This document shows, piece by piece, positions 13,882-27,379 of a stretch of 64,000 nucleotides of DNA. The stretch is from Phyllobates terribilis (lineage: Eukaryota). The position numbers and the translations under genes were made by a program. Within the stretch, counting starts at the first letter, position 1; each line of letters begins with the position of its first letter. Below the pieces are notes generated by a model. That model saw nothing but the letters and a program-made list of their open reading frames with translations. It was not told the origin of the DNA and did no database searches. The stretch is from positions 365,862,001-365,926,000 of the forward strand of contig NW_027362769.1 in assembly GCF_046119375.1 (NCBI RefSeq), read 5' to 3'.

Positions 13882-16757
13882 TGTGGCACCCCTGAGGGTT
13901 CGACCGCCACAGGAATGCTGCACTTCTCTAATGGAGTGTAGTGTTCCTCCTCTGAGGTAAGCCCGGTGTGATGGTCGCGACCCAGCCTTGCATCCAACAC
14001 CACACTTCTCCACCAGAGGGAGCTAGTATGCACTAGGTGTTGCTCCCCTGGTTACAGGGAGACTGGGGAACACAAAGTGGTAGGAACCAGTTAGTGGGTG
14101 TGGGTGGAGGACTTACAAGTTAGTTACACCTTAAATTTCATATTTAATAGAAAGCCATCTTTGATCTTGGTCTGTTGTTCTTCTCTGGTCCTTTGTCTAG
14201 CCCAGGGGTCCTCAAACTTTTTAAACAGGGGGCCAGTTCACGGTCCCTCAGACCATTGGAGGGCCGGAATATAGTTTTTAAAAAAAACTATGAACAAATT
14301 ACTATGCACACTGCACATATCTTATTTTGTAGTAAAAAAAACAATACAGGAACAAATACAATATTTAAAATGAAGAACAAGTAAAGTTAAATCAACCGGT
14401 ATTTCAATAGGTAGGTAACTGTACCCAATAGGCAGCATAGGTCCTCAATAGGCAGGTAAATGTCCCCAATAGGCAGCATCGGTCCTCAATAGGCAGGTAA
14501 ATATCCCCAATAGGCAGGTAAATGTCCCCCATAGGCAGGTAAATGTCCCCAATAGGCAGCATAGGTCCCCAATAGGCAGGTAAATGTACCCAATAGGCAG
14601 CATAGGTCCCCAATAGGCAGGTAAATGTCCCCAATAGGCAGCATAGGTCCTCAATGGGCAGGTAAATGTTCCAAATAGGCAGGCTGTTTCCCCCTTATAA
14701 TGCCATATGCAGGCTGTTCCACCCCTTATAATGCCCCATGCAGGCTGCCCCCCCCCCCATATAATGCCCCATGCAGCATGTCACCCCCCCATATAATGCC
14801 CCATGCAGCATGTCACCCCCCATATTATGCCCCATGCAGCATGTCACCCCCCCATATTATGCCCCATGCAGCATGTCACCCCCCCTATATTATGCCCCAT
14901 GCAGGATGTCACCCCCCATATAATGCCCCATGCAGGATGTCACCCCCCATATAATGCCCCATGCAGGATAACTCTCCCCTGTCTTTATTATACCCCATGC
15001 AGCATGTCACCCCCCACATATAATGCCCCATGCAGCATGTCACCCCCCATATAATGCCCCATGCAGCATGTCACCCCCCCAATATAATGCCACATGCAGC
15101 TTGTCACCCCCCCCATATAATGCCACATGCAGCATGTCACCCCCCCATATCATGCCCCATGCAGGATGTTTACCCCCCCATATTATACCCCTTGCAGCAT
15201 GTCACCCCCCCATATAATGCCCCATGCAGGATGTCACCCCCCATATCATGCCCCATGCAGGATGTCACCTCCCCATATTATACCCCTTGCAGGATGTCAC
15301 TCCTCCATATAATGACCTATGCCTCCATACATTAAAAAAAAAAAAAAAATCCAATACTCACCTCACTTCTCACCTGCTGCCGCTGCCGCTGCCCTACTCT
15401 GGTCTGGACTCCAGCGTCGCGGCGTCGTCGTCCCGCTCTGCGCTGCCTGTGACGGCACTCGGGAGGGCGCGGTGTAAAGACGTCACCGCATCCTCTGACC
15501 TGAGACGTCACAGAAAGCGCAGAGCAGGAAGACAGCGGATCTGCAGAGGCACAGGGAGAGGTAAGTATCCGCCTGCCGGGGCCCTGAGCAAGCGGGGGAG
15601 AAGGGCGGGTGCTGACACCGCTCCCCTCTCCTCCACCCATAGCCCGGCGGGCCGGATAAAAGTCCTCCGCGGGCCGCATGTGGCCCGCGGGCCGTAGTTT
15701 GAGGACCCCTGGTCTAGCCTTTGCTAGTCTGTCGGCTGTCTCTGTGCGGTCAAAATACTGTGTGTAATGTGACCTCCCTCCGGGAGCGCAGATCCTATGT
15801 GGGCCTGCGCCGGTAAGGGACACAGCCCTCGTACCCTGGCCTTGGGACGAGAGGTAGGTTGTAGACAAGGAATGTCTCAACCCGGCCAAGGACCAGGATC
15901 AAGAAGGCCCTTGGAGCTTTAGAGTGTGGCTCCCCAGCAAATGGGTCCCGGGGAGGATGCAGACGGAGCGGAGCACGCCACCTGTCATCGCCTACCTGAT
16001 CTATTCAGAGGGATTCCGGCTGCAAGAGGGGTACCGGCCCTCGACACCCGACCTTGTACTCTATGTCCTGGACGGGAAAGCCCGGTTAGGCCCTGAGGAT
16101 CCCACCGGGCATCGGATGGAGAGGAATTGCCATCCGTGCCCTAGTCCTGAGAGGAGCTCAGAGGGAGACCCGGCCTATCTACACACGCACAGACGGGAAA
16201 GGGTGAAGTTTATAGTGCAGGAACACTCTGGTGTAGGGTCGCTACCGAACACTGGACTTTCTCGGAGGTAGTCGGACCCCCGTCCCTGGTGGCCGCAGGA
16301 CTCCGCGGGGAGCAGGGAGTCGCCTTCCCGCTGACATCTCTAAGTGAGTAAAGCCTTGGAAGTTCACCCCTATGGCCTCTGGAGTGTTCATTACGCGCCA
16401 TACCATGCGACGCGGTGCCCGTACTCCCCGCACTACTACCCCCTCTCTTTCCTGTTTGCCTGCCCTGAGGCCTTGCTCCGCCTGTGGGGAGCAGCGAGAA
16501 CTTTAGCCGCCATGACACCGGGCCTCAGCGGACTGCAGCGGCGCTGGTGACCCTTCACCAGGCACCACAGGTGGCGTAGTCGTTAAAATAAGCCACTCAA
16601 CCCGGACAAGCCAACAGCATCTCTTTCTAATGTGACGGCCCTGAGCACGGGTCGGGCCTAGGCCACGGCTGCATCCCATCTCTCCATCACAGGGCCCGAC
16701 ACCGAGTCCCCCATCACCCAGGGTAAAACATGGGTTTCTCTGAGTAGAGGCGTCACA
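13882..16757 (+). repeat. 5' LTR of element D (interrupted by a MITE)
   Basis: 1359 bp after removing the 1509-bp MITE and one TSD copy, the same length as the 3' LTR. Confidence 0.9.
14203..15711. mobile_element. hAT/Charlie-type MITE with internal minisatellites
   Basis: TIR CAGGGGTCCTCAAAC...GTTTGAGGACCCCTG; 8-bp TSD GTCTAGCC; absent from the 3' LTR; short tandem arrays at ~14404-14680 and ~14700-15310. Confidence 0.93.
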
Positions 16758-16760
16758 ACC

Positions 16761-16778
16761 TGGCGTAGTCGGCAGGAT
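16761..16778 (+). promoter_or_regulatory. Primer binding site (tRNA-Ser) of element D
   Basis: TGGCGTAGTCGGCAGGAT is complementary to the vertebrate tRNA-Ser 3' end ...ATCCTGCCGACTACG-CCA (tRNA sequence recalled from memory). Confidence 0.85.
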
Positions 16779-19136
16779 CGCGTGCCCGCAGCAAAGGAAG
16801 AAGTGCCCATTGCTATCGGGTACTGTGTGCCTTACACCTTGAACTGTTGTTTACACTTAAAATGGCGCCCGCCCAAGAAGAACAGACGCCATAATGCTGT
16901 GAAAAGACTGTCTTTGAACACCTCCCATCGTGGGCTGGGCTCCCGCTTGGCGCCAAAAAGGTGGACTGCCCCTTCCATCAGAGACTGTCCGCGGGGTAAT
17001 GCCCATCAAACTGGATGGGCTGAACAAAGGCGGGCCTGTCAGCATTCCGCCCAGGAACCGCCCCGAGAGAGGAGGAAGAAGCAAAGCAACAAGGTTCGGC
17101 CATTGCAGTTGGAGCTTGGCAGTCAATGGAGGCAGACATGGATGCCTCTGGGGAGCAAGACCACGCATCTACTGAACCCGGTTCAGGCCCTTCACCCGGC
17201 AGAGAGCAAGGCGGCAGCGTATTGACCCCGGGAGATATTACATTTCTCCAGCAGGAAGCTCCGGAACTCCTAAGAAGGCAGATAGAGGCCCAGGAGGCGG
17301 CGACGGCTGCGTGGCGGGAAGAGATGCTGTTGCGTATCCGGGACCGCCGTCAAGGAGTAGAGGTCCCAGGACAAGTCGACTCGGTGACAGAGGTCGAGAG
17401 CGGCCCAGCGGCGGGTGAGTGTGCAACCCCTGCCCTGGCTGCAGAGCCTACCGTGACTATCTTGGACCTCATGTCGGAGTACCTGATTCCCCACGAGGTC
17501 ACCTGGGAGCAAGCGTTGGCTCCAGAGCTGGAATCGGCAGCCATGTGTGAGGACCTGCGATGCCGCCCAAACCCTGATTCGTAGGTGCCTGAAGCTGCAG
17601 AGGAAACTACCGGCTCCAACCCGGACTTGTCCGCGTCTACAGAGGACTCGCAGCAACCCGTTCTAACCCCGCTACCTGCATGGCAGGAACCTGGCCCGAG
17701 GCTGAGGATTGGGCCTGGGAAAACTAGGGGGGCGACCTAATGGGCTTCCCCCGGGAGACCAGGGCTGAAGCGCGGAGGAGGATCCAGTGGTGCAGCGACC
17801 AGATATTCCAGCTCGCATGGGAGCAGCGTCGGCGGGAGCAGCGCTGCGAGCACCTCGAGGTCAGGACCAAAGCTGCAAAATCTCGGGCGCGTCAGGAGGA
17901 GGCCACCCGTCCCAGTCCCCGGTACGAAGGCCAAGTCGTCCGTTTTCATCGTGAGGCGGGGTGGGGGTTCAGGACGATGTGTTCGTCAGCCGGCGGGAAG
18001 TCGAGCAGCGCCTCAAGAAGGGACACCCCGGTCGGAACCTCTTCCCAGGAGGAGAGCCAGGCGGAGGTGACCGAGCGGACCGGGAGGACCAGTAGGAGGC
18101 GACCGGAGGGACGAGCGCAAGAGAGCGCTGTGGCAGCGTGCAGTGCCGGCCAGCGGAGGGTGCCAGGTGGTGGTGACCAGGAGGTGATCAGGAGGACCGG
18201 TAAGAGGCGACCGGAGGGACAAGCGCGCTGTGATAGCGTGCAGCGTCCCTAGAGGAGGTGAGTGAGGGGCAGGAGGCCGCGATAAGCGGCCCTACTGAAC
18301 CCAAGTGTGTACTGTACTGTATTGTATTTGTATCTGTATTGTAATTGTATTGTATTCCCTAGTCCATATTTAATTGATTACCCCCCCGTCCATATTTAAA
18401 TTGATTCCCCTGAACACCCCTGTCCATATTTAACTGATCCCTCTGACCACATTAAATTGACCCCCCCGTCCTCATTTAATTGATCCCCGACCACCCCCCG
18501 TCCATATTAAAGTGATCCCCCTGACCACATTTAAATGATTGACCCCCCCAGCCCATAATTGATTGATCCCCCTTGTCCTATTTAATAGATTCCCCTTGTC
18601 CACTTTTACTCATCCCCAGTCCCTATCTATTTGCCTTATCCCCCACCATATTTAATTAACCCCTGTCCATAATTAATTGATTGATTCCCCAGACCACAAT
18701 TAATTATTTCCCCAGTCCATATTTATTGATATTATTGATACTTATTGATCCCCAGTCCTTAGTTAATTGACCCACCGTCCATACCTATTTATTTGCTTTA
18801 CCCCAAATCCTATTTAATTAAACCCCCTGTCCATAATTAATTGATTGATTCCCTAGTCCACAATTAATTATTTCCCCAGTTCATACTTATTGATCCCAGT
18901 CCATAGTTAATTGACACACCGTGCATACTTAATTAATCCACCTGACCCACTCAGCTGATCCCCCGTCCATACTTAATTGATACTTAATTGATCCCCCGTC
19001 CATACTTAACTGATCCCGCGCCGATATCTAATCGATACACTTGCACATCCCTAATTGATCCCCGTCCATACACCTATATATAAATAATTGTGTTTTGTAC
19101 TTGTACATATATACTGACTGTATCCCCATATTTAGA

Positions 19137-20063
19137 ATGACGTCCATGTTGGCCGGAGCCGTGCAGTGTACATCTTGCGCAATGTATGCATTCCCTGAGC
19201 TACCGCTCAGGGATCCATACTGCTGCGAGAGATGTGAGCATATCGTGCACTTGGAAGCCCAAATCCTGGATCTAAGTGCTCAGATAGCGGTACTGAGGAG
19301 CATCGACAACATGGAACGGAGTTTGCTGCTCACCGAGCAGACACTCAATGGGTCAACACTGGGGGTGGAGCTTAGTGGGGAAGCGCAGGCTGAACAGGCA
19401 GGGAGCTGGGTAACAGTTAGAAGGGATAGAGGGAAGAAGTATAGGAAGGCTGGTTCAGAACCGGCATTATTGGAGCACGACAGATCCTCTGACCGCCGGG
19501 GGAGTGTATGCTCCAGTAATGAGGGGGAGGGGGGAAGTGTAGGGCAGGCTAGACAGGTCCTGGTAGTGGGTGACTCTATTATTAGGGGGACAGACAGGGC
19601 AATCTGTCACAAAGACCGGGATCGCCGAACGGTGTGCTGCCTCCCTGGCGCTCGAGTCCGGCACATCGTGGATCGGGTTGACAGGTTACTGGGTGGGGCT
19701 GGCGAAGACCCAGCGGTCATGGTCCACATTGGCACCAATGACAAAGTGAGCGGTAGATGGAGGGTCCTTAAAAATGATTTCAGGGATCTAGGTAGGAAGC
19801 TTAGGGCAAGGACCTCCAAGGTAGTTTTCTCAGAAATACTAACAATCCCGCGAGCCACACAGGAGCGCCAACGGGAGGTTAGGGAGGTGAATAAGTGGCT
19901 AAAGAGTTGGTGCAAGGCAGAAGGGTTTGGGTTCATGGAGAACTGGGCCGACTTCGCTGTCGGCTACAGGCTCTACCGTAGGGACGGGCTGCACCTCAAT
20001 GGGGAGGGTGCAGCGGTGCTGGGGAAGAAGATGGCTAATAGGTTGGAGGAGTTTTTAAACTAG
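19137..20063 (+). CDS. CR1 ORF1 (Cys-rich N-terminus plus SGNH esterase domain)
   Basis: CTSC..CCERCEH; VLVVGDSIIRG, PGAR, HIGTND and DGLHLN motifs. Confidence 0.9.
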   Translation: MTSMLAGAVQCTSCAMYAFPELPLRDPYCCERCEHIVHLEAQILDLSAQIAVLRSIDNMERSLLLTEQTLNGSTLGVELSGEAQAEQAGSWVTVRRDRGKKYRKAGSEPALLEHDRSSDRRGSVCSSNEGEGGSVGQARQVLVVGDSIIRGTDRAICHKDRDRRTVCCLPGARVRHIVDRVDRLLGGAGEDPAVMVHIGTNDKVSGRWRVLKNDFRDLGRKLRARTSKVVFSEILTIPRATQERQREVREVNKWLKSWCKAEGFGFMENWADFAVGYRLYRRDGLHLNGEGAAVLGKKMANRLEEFLN

Positions 20064-20097
20064 AGATGGGGGGGGAAACCACGGAAATAGGTGGGAT

Positions 20098-22997
20098 GTG
20101 AGGCAAGCAAGGGGGAAGGGGAGAAGTGAATATAATGAGGGTGGAGAGGTGGGTGGGGATAGTACAGTTAGATCGTTAGAGAAGAATAGGATGCTAAATA
20201 ACCCCAAAGTTTTATCTTGCATGCTGACCAACGCAAGAAGCCTGACCAATAAGGCGGATGAGCTGCGGGCGCTTATATCGGAGGAGAGGTATGACATCGT
20301 AGGTATAACAGAGACTTGGCTAGACGATAGCTACGACTGGGCGGTAAATTTAACAGATTATAGTTTATTTAGAAGGGACCGGAAACAGGGGAAGGGCGGA
20401 GGAGTCTGCTTATATGTAAAGTCACGTCTAAAGCCCAGACTAAGGGAAGATATAGGAGAGGGAGAAGAGGGGGTCGAGTCCATGTGGGTAGAGATAGAGG
20501 GGGCAAAAAATAATAATAAAATATTACTGGGGGTCTGCTATAAGCCACCCAATATAACAGAGGAGAATGAGAAACTGCTATTAGGACAAATAGACAAAGT
20601 AGCAAAACATAATGAGGTGATTGTAATGGGGGACTTCAACTACCCGGATATTGACTGGGAAACAGAAACCTGTAGATCGCAGAAAGGAAAAAGGTTCTTG
20701 ACAAATATCAAGGATAATTATCTCTCCCAACTAGTGCAGGAACCAACGAGAGGGAAGGCAGTGTTGGACTTAATATTGACTAATAGGCCTGATAGAATAA
20801 CTGAGGTACAGATAGGGGGGCACCTAGGTAATAGCGATCATAATATTATCAATTTCAAAATGCCCTTCAGTAGGGTTATCAATAAGGGAACAACTAAAAC
20901 ATTAAACTTTAGGAGGGCGAAGTTTGATCAGCTGAAAGAAAACCTTCAACTTATAGACTGGGACAAAGTTCTTAATCAAGGAAATACGAATAGTAAATGG
21001 GAAACCTTCAAAAGATTCTGAATACTCAGTGCGAGAGGTATATACCGTATGGGAATAAAAGGGCCAGAAATAAGAGGAAACCAATATGGTTGAATAAGAA
21101 CGTAAAAGGGGCTTTAAATAGCAAAAAAGAGGCATTCAAGAGATTAAAACAGGAAAACAGTAAGGAGGCACTAATGTGTTACAAGGAAAAAACGAGAACC
21201 TGCAAAAAACAAATAAAAATAGCAAAGGAGGAAACAGAGAGACGTATTGCTAGGGAAAGTAGATCAAATCCCAAACTGTTCTTTACGTATATAAATAGTA
21301 AAAGGATTAAATCGAATAATATTGGACCGATAAAAAGTGATGAAGGCAAAATCATAGAGAAAGATGAGGATAAAGCTAATCTATTAAATAAATTTTTTTC
21401 GTCAACTTTCACAAAGGAAAAAGAACTAACAGGCGAAATGAGAAGTGACAAGCTTAATCCTCCACTAAGTATGACAAATCTAACCCAAGCTGGGGTACAG
21501 AAACGCCTCAGTAACATTAAAATAAACAAATCACCAGGACCTGATGGCATACACCCACGGGTACTAAGGGAACTAAGTAATGTGATAGACAGACCATTAT
21601 ATCTTATATTTAAGGACTCTGTTGAGACTGGGTCTGTACCACTTGATTGGCGACAGGCGAATGTAGTGCCAATATTCAAAAAGGGAGCAAAAAGTATCAC
21701 CGGAAACTATCGGCCGGTGAGTCTGACGTCCGTTGTGGGCAAAATTTTTGAAGGCTTTATTAATGAGGCAATCATGGAGCATCTTGATGCTAATAATCTA
21801 TTAACCCCGAACCAACATGGATTCATGAGGAATCGCTCCTGCCAAACAAACCTGATTGACTTCTACGAGGAGGTGAGCTCTCGAGTAGATCAGGGGGAAC
21901 CAGTGGATGTCGTGTATCTCGACTTCTCAAAAGCGTTCGATAGCGTGCCACATAATAGGTTGGTATACAAAATGAGAATGATGGGGCTGGGGGAAAATGT
22001 CTGCAAGTGGGTAGCTAACTGGCTAAAGGATAGAAGGCAGAGGGTGGTTATAAATGGAATATACTCAGATTGGGTAAGCGTCACTAGTGGGGTACCACAG
22101 GGGTCTGTACTAGGCCCAATGTTATTTAATATCTTTATTAACGACATAGTCAACGGGATAAATAGTAAAATATCAATATTTGCAGATGACACAAAGTTAT
22201 GTAAAACAATTAATACAAAAGAGGACAGTGCAGACCTACAGAGGGATTTGGATAAGCTGGGTAGGTGGAGCATTAAATGGCAAATGAGGTTTAACGAGGA
22301 GAAATGTAAGGTCATACATATGGGAAGGAAAAATGGAAGTCACCAGTACTCACTGAATGGGAAATCATTGGGGAATTCAGAGATGGAGAAGGACTTGGGC
22401 ATCTTGATTGATAGCAAACTAAATTGGAGTGCCCAAAGTCAGGCCGCTGCTGTAAGGGCAAACAGGGTAATGGGATGTATCAGAAGAGGTATAGCTGCAA
22501 AGGATGAGAACATTGTTCTTCCACTGTACAAAGCACTGGTCAGACCACACTTGGAATACTGTGCTCAGTTATGGGCCCCAATATATAGAAAGGATATAAA
22601 TGAGCTTGAAAAGGTACAAAGGAGGGCAACAAAATTAATAAGGGGAATGGAGGGACTGCAATACCCAGAGAGGTTGGCAAAACTAGGACTATTCAGCCTG
22701 GAAAAGAGAAGGTTGAGGGGGGACATAATAAATGTGTACAAATATGTTAGGGGACAGTATAGAGACCTTGCCCGGGATTTGTTCAAAAGGAGGGATATTA
22801 CGGTAACAAGAGGGCATTCACTAAGACTGGAAGAGAAAAGGTTTCAGCACCAGCATAGGAAGGGGTTCTTTACGGTAAGAGCAGTGAGAATATGGAATTC
22901 ACTGAGTGAGGAGACGGTAATGTCGGATTCACTACACCAGTTCAAGCGGGGACTGGATGCTTTTCTAGATACCAGGCAGATTTCTGCATATACTTAA
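20098..22997 (+). pseudogene. CR1 ORF2 (APE endonuclease plus RT) with one frameshift near 21010
   Basis: VGITETW, GDFNYPDIDW, SDHNII; SPGPDGIHP, YLDFSKAFDSV, GVPQGSVLGP, FADD. The two halves join if one A is restored at TTCAAAAGATT. Confidence 0.92.
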
Positions 22998-23768
22998 CAA
23001 TAGAATAAAATAGTAGGTTGATACAGGGATTTATTCTGACTGCTGGTTTCAGAGTCGGGAGGGAATTTTTCCTCAGGTGAAGATTGGCCAAATCATTTGG
23101 GGTTTTTGCCCTCCTCTGGATCAACTTTAGCAATTACAGACCTAACAGGTCGAACTTGATGGACGCAAGTCTTTATTCGGCTTTACTAACTATGTGACAC
23201 CTATGTGACACAGTGACTTTCACTCGCCACCAGGGGGAGCGTGGGTGGTACGCCCTGGACGTACACAAAGTGTCCGGGAGTGACGCCACCCCGCGCTCAG
23301 CCTCAGGGGACTGGCTAGCCACCGTCGGGAGGAATGAGCCCTTTCCAAGACGGCAACCCGAAGTTTAAAGCAGCCCCCGGCTGTTGTTGCAGTTTTGTTT
23401 ACAAGTTTAAAAGTTGACTTTTCCTATTATGCTTAATTTCTAACCCGGTTTCTAGAGACACCTGTCCCTGCGGACTAGCAGACAGACTCTTTCACCCTGT
23501 ATATAGTTTGCATCTCCTTAGGTGCTCCATATTGGTTTTATGCAAAACCGCGGATATTCTCTACCTCAAAACCTCAGAAGAAAAACCTGTTAGGGTGGCT
23601 CTCCGGGAGGTCCAACTCTGGATCTGCATGCCTTGCAGCCACCCCAGGGCCAACGTGGAGGGTTTAGGACCGGTCCCTCGCACTTCTGAACTGACTCGGT
23701 GTCCTTGCACTTTACCTGTCTGTCTGCAATAATGTCTCTGGAAAAATGCTAGCACTTTTATAATTTTA

Positions 23769-25813
23769 CTAGATGTTGGCCCGATTCTAACGCATCGGGT
23801 ATTCTAGAATAGGTATGCGGCCGACCGGGCGCAATCAGCAGAGCGGTTTTAAAATTTGGCGCCAAAATCGCTGATTGGTCGAGGCTAGCAACCGCGACCA
23901 ATTAGCAAAGCGGTGTTAAAACTTGGCGCCTATATCGCAGATTGGTCACGGCCGGCGGTCGCGACTAATCAGCAGAGCGGGGTTTAAATTTGGCGCCAAT
24001 AATGCTGATTGGTCGCGGCCAGCGAACGTGACCAATCAGCATAGTGAGGTTTAAATTTGGCGGCAATAATGCTGATTGGTTGCGGCCGGCGGTCGCGACC
24101 AATCAGCAGAGCGTTATTTAAATTTGGCGCCAGTAATGGTGATTGGTTACGGCCGCGACTAATCAGCAGAGCGGTGTTTAAATTTGTCGCCAATAATGCT
24201 GGTTATTCGTGACCGGTAACCGCGACCAATGAGCAGAGCGGTGTTTAAATATGGTGCCAATATCGCTGATTGGTCGCGGCCGGCCACCACGACCAATTAG
24301 CGAAGCGGTGTTTAAATTTGGCGCCAATATCGCTGATTGGTCACGACAGGTGGTTGCGACTAATCAGCAGAGTGAGGTTTAAATTTGGCCCCAATACTGC
24401 TGATTGGTCGCTGCTGGCGACCAATCAGCAGAGCGGAGATTACATTTGGCGCCAAAATCGCTGATTGGTCGCGCCCGGCAGTCGCGACCAATCAGCAGAG
24501 CAGGGTTTAAATTTTGCGCCAATACTGCTGATTGTTTGCGGCTGGCGACCGCGACCAATCAGCAGAGCGTTGTTTAAATTTGGCACCAAAATCGCTGATT
24601 GGTCGTGGCCAGCGGTGGCGACCAATCAGCAGAGCGGGGTTTAAATTTGGCGCCAATACTGCTCATTGGTCGCGGCCGGTGACCGCGACCAATCAGGAGA
24701 GCGGTGTTTCAAATTGGCACCAAAATCGCTGATTGGTCGCGGCCGGCCACCGCAACCGATCAGCAGAGCGTTGTTTAAATTTGGCGCCAATCTCGCTGAT
24801 TGGTCGCGTCTGCCGTCCGCGACCAATCAGCAGAGCGTTGTTTAAACTTGGCGCCAATCTCGCTGATTGGTCGCGTCTGGCGTCAGCGACCAATCAGCAG
24901 AGCGTTGTTTAAATTTGGCGCCAATCTCGCTGATTGGTCGCGGACTGCCGGCCACCGCGACGAATCAGCAGAGCGGCGTTTAAATTTGCCGGACATCTCG
25001 CTGATTGGTCGCGGTGGCCGGCCGCGACCAATCAGCAGAGCAACGTTTAAATTTGCCACCCATCTCGCTGATTGGTCACGGCCGGCTACCGCGACCAATC
25101 AGCAGAGCGGCGTTTAAATTTGCCGTCCATCTCGCTGATTGGTCGCGGTAGCCGGCCGCGACCAATCAGCACAGCGGCGTTTAAATTTGCCGCCCATCTC
25201 GCTGATTGGTCGCGGTGGCTGGCGGCGATTAATCAGCAGAGCGGCGTTTAAATTTGCCGTCCATCTCGCTCATTGGTCGCGGTGGCCGGCAGCAACCAAT
25301 CAGCAGAGCGGCGTTTAAATTTGCCGCCCATCTCGCTGATTGGTCGCGGCCGGCCACCGCGACCAATCAGCGTGGTATTAGTGTGGGCCCGGGAGCGGCG
25401 CTGCTTGTGCAGCTCCGTATTAGCGAGGACCGGGGAGCGGCGCTGCTTGTGCGGCTCCTTCTGCTGCGAGAAGCTGGGAGATGAGCGGCTGCTCGCAGCA
25501 GAAGCATCCCGACCAGCGGCGCCACTCCCCGGTCCTCCGTTCACACTTGCTGTCGGGAGATCAGCGGGCCAAGCCGCTGATCTTCCGACGTTAGTCGCAT
25601 GGAGGTCAGCGGCGCCGGTCGGGGTAGTTGTGCTGCTAGCGCCGCTCATCTCCCCGCTGCATCGCCGCTGACCTCCGTCCGTCAGATGAGCCGCTAACGG
25701 CCGCCATCTTTTTTTAGAAATCCCGCGGCGCTGATTGGCCTCTGCCGGACCAATGAGCGACGCGGGATTTCCAGGACAGACAGACAGACAGAAAGACAGA
25801 CAGAAAGACAGAC

Positions 25814-25845
<32 letters not shown>

Positions 25846-25869
25846 GGGATAAGACAATTATATAGTAGA
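23769..25869 (-). mobile_element. Non-autonomous Helitron (copy 2, same family)
   Basis: Same TC...CTAG termini, hairpin, A|T target, (TCTG)n tract and palindromic array (~23 units, ~23832-25372). Confidence 0.88.
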
Positions 25870-26020
25870 TACTTTTATACTATGCACCTTGTTATGTAAC
25901 GTTTAAGAAATGTGCCTCCCATAAAGGGATGATAGTTTTGCATGTTATCATAAAAAGAAAACATCCTGGGTGTTGCTTCTTTTGCAGCCCGCGGACGTGC
26001 TGTGTTTTACCAGGGGGTAA

Positions 26021-27379
26021 TGTGGCGCCCCTGAGGGTTCGACCGCCACAGGAATGCTGCGCTTCTCTAATGGAGTGTAGTGTTCCTCCTCTGAGGTAAG
26101 CCCGGTGTGATGGTCGCGACCCAGCCTTGCATCCAACACCACACTTCTCCACCAGAGGGAGCTAGTATGTACTAGGTGTTGCTCCCCTGGTTACAGGGAG
26201 ACTGGGGAACACAAAGTGGTAGGAAGCAGTTAGTGGGTGTGGGTGGAGGACTTACAAGTTAGTTACACCTTAAATTTCATATTTAATAGAAAGCCATCTT
26301 TGATCTTGGTCTGTTGTTCTTCTCTGGTCCTTTGTCTAGCCTTTGCTAGTCTGTCGGCTGTCTCTTTGCAGTCAAAATACTGTGTGTAATGTGACTTCCC
26401 TCCGGGAGCGCAGATCCTGTGTGGGCCTGCGCCGGTAAGGGACACAGCCCTCGTACCCTGGCCTTGGGACGAGAGGTAGGTTGTAGACAAGTAATGTCTC
26501 AACCCGGCCAAGGACCAGGATCAAGAAGGCCCTGGGAGCTTTAGAGTGTGGCTCCCCAGAAAATGGGTCCCGGGGAGGATGCAGATGGAGCGGAGCACGC
26601 CACCTGTCCTCGAATACCTGATCTATTCAGAGGGATTCCGGCTGCAAGAGGGGTACCGGCCCTCGACACCCGACCTTGTACTCTATGTCCTGGACGGGAA
26701 AGCCCGGTTAGGCCCTGAGGATCCCACCGGGCATCGGATGGAGAGGAATTGCCACCCGTGCCCTAGTCCTGAGAGGAGCTCAGAGGGAGACCCGGCCTAT
26801 CTACACACGCACAGACGGGAAAGGGTGAAGTTTATAGTGCAGGAACACTCTGGTGTAGGGTCGCTACCGAACACTGGACTTTCTCGGAGGTAGTCGGACC
26901 CCCGTCCCTGGTGGCCGCAGGACTCCGCAGGGAGCAGGGAGACGCCTTCCCGCTGACATCTCTAAGTGAGTAAAGCATTGGAAGTTCACCCCTATGGCCT
27001 CCGGACTGTTCATTACGCGGCATACCATGCGACGCGGTGCCCGTACTCCCCGCACTACTACCCCCTCTCTTTCCTGTTTGCCTGCCCTGAGGCCTTGCTC
27101 CGCCTGTGGGGAGCAGCGAGAACTTTAGCCGCCATGACACCGGGCCTCAGCGGACTGCAGCGGCGCTGGTGACCCTTCACCAGGCACCACAGGTGGCGTA
27201 GTCATTAAAATAAGCCACTCAACCCGGACAAGCCCACAGCATCTCTTTCTAATGTGACGGCCCTGAGCACGAGTCAGGCCCAGGCCACGGCTGCATCCCA
27301 TCTCTCCATCACAGGGCCCGACACCGAGTCCCCCATCACCCAGGGTAAAACACGGGCTTCTCTGAGTAGAGGCGTCACA
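26021..27379 (+). repeat. 3' LTR of element D
   Basis: Colinear with 13882-16757 without the MITE; followed by TSD CATG. Confidence 0.9.

Larger units (their letters stand above)
18073..23200 (+). mobile_element. Near full-length CR1-clade LINE (5' boundary approximate)
   Basis: Long AT-rich repetitive 5' UTR, esterase ORF1, APE-RT ORF2, and a CR1-type 3' UTR ending in CTATGTGACAC. Confidence 0.88.
13882..27379 (+). mobile_element. Non-autonomous Gypsy-type LTR element (D)
   Basis: LTRs TGTGG...GTCACA; 4-bp TSD CATG; tRNA-Ser PBS; PPT-like AGGGGGTAA before 26021; no pol ORF. Confidence 0.88.
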
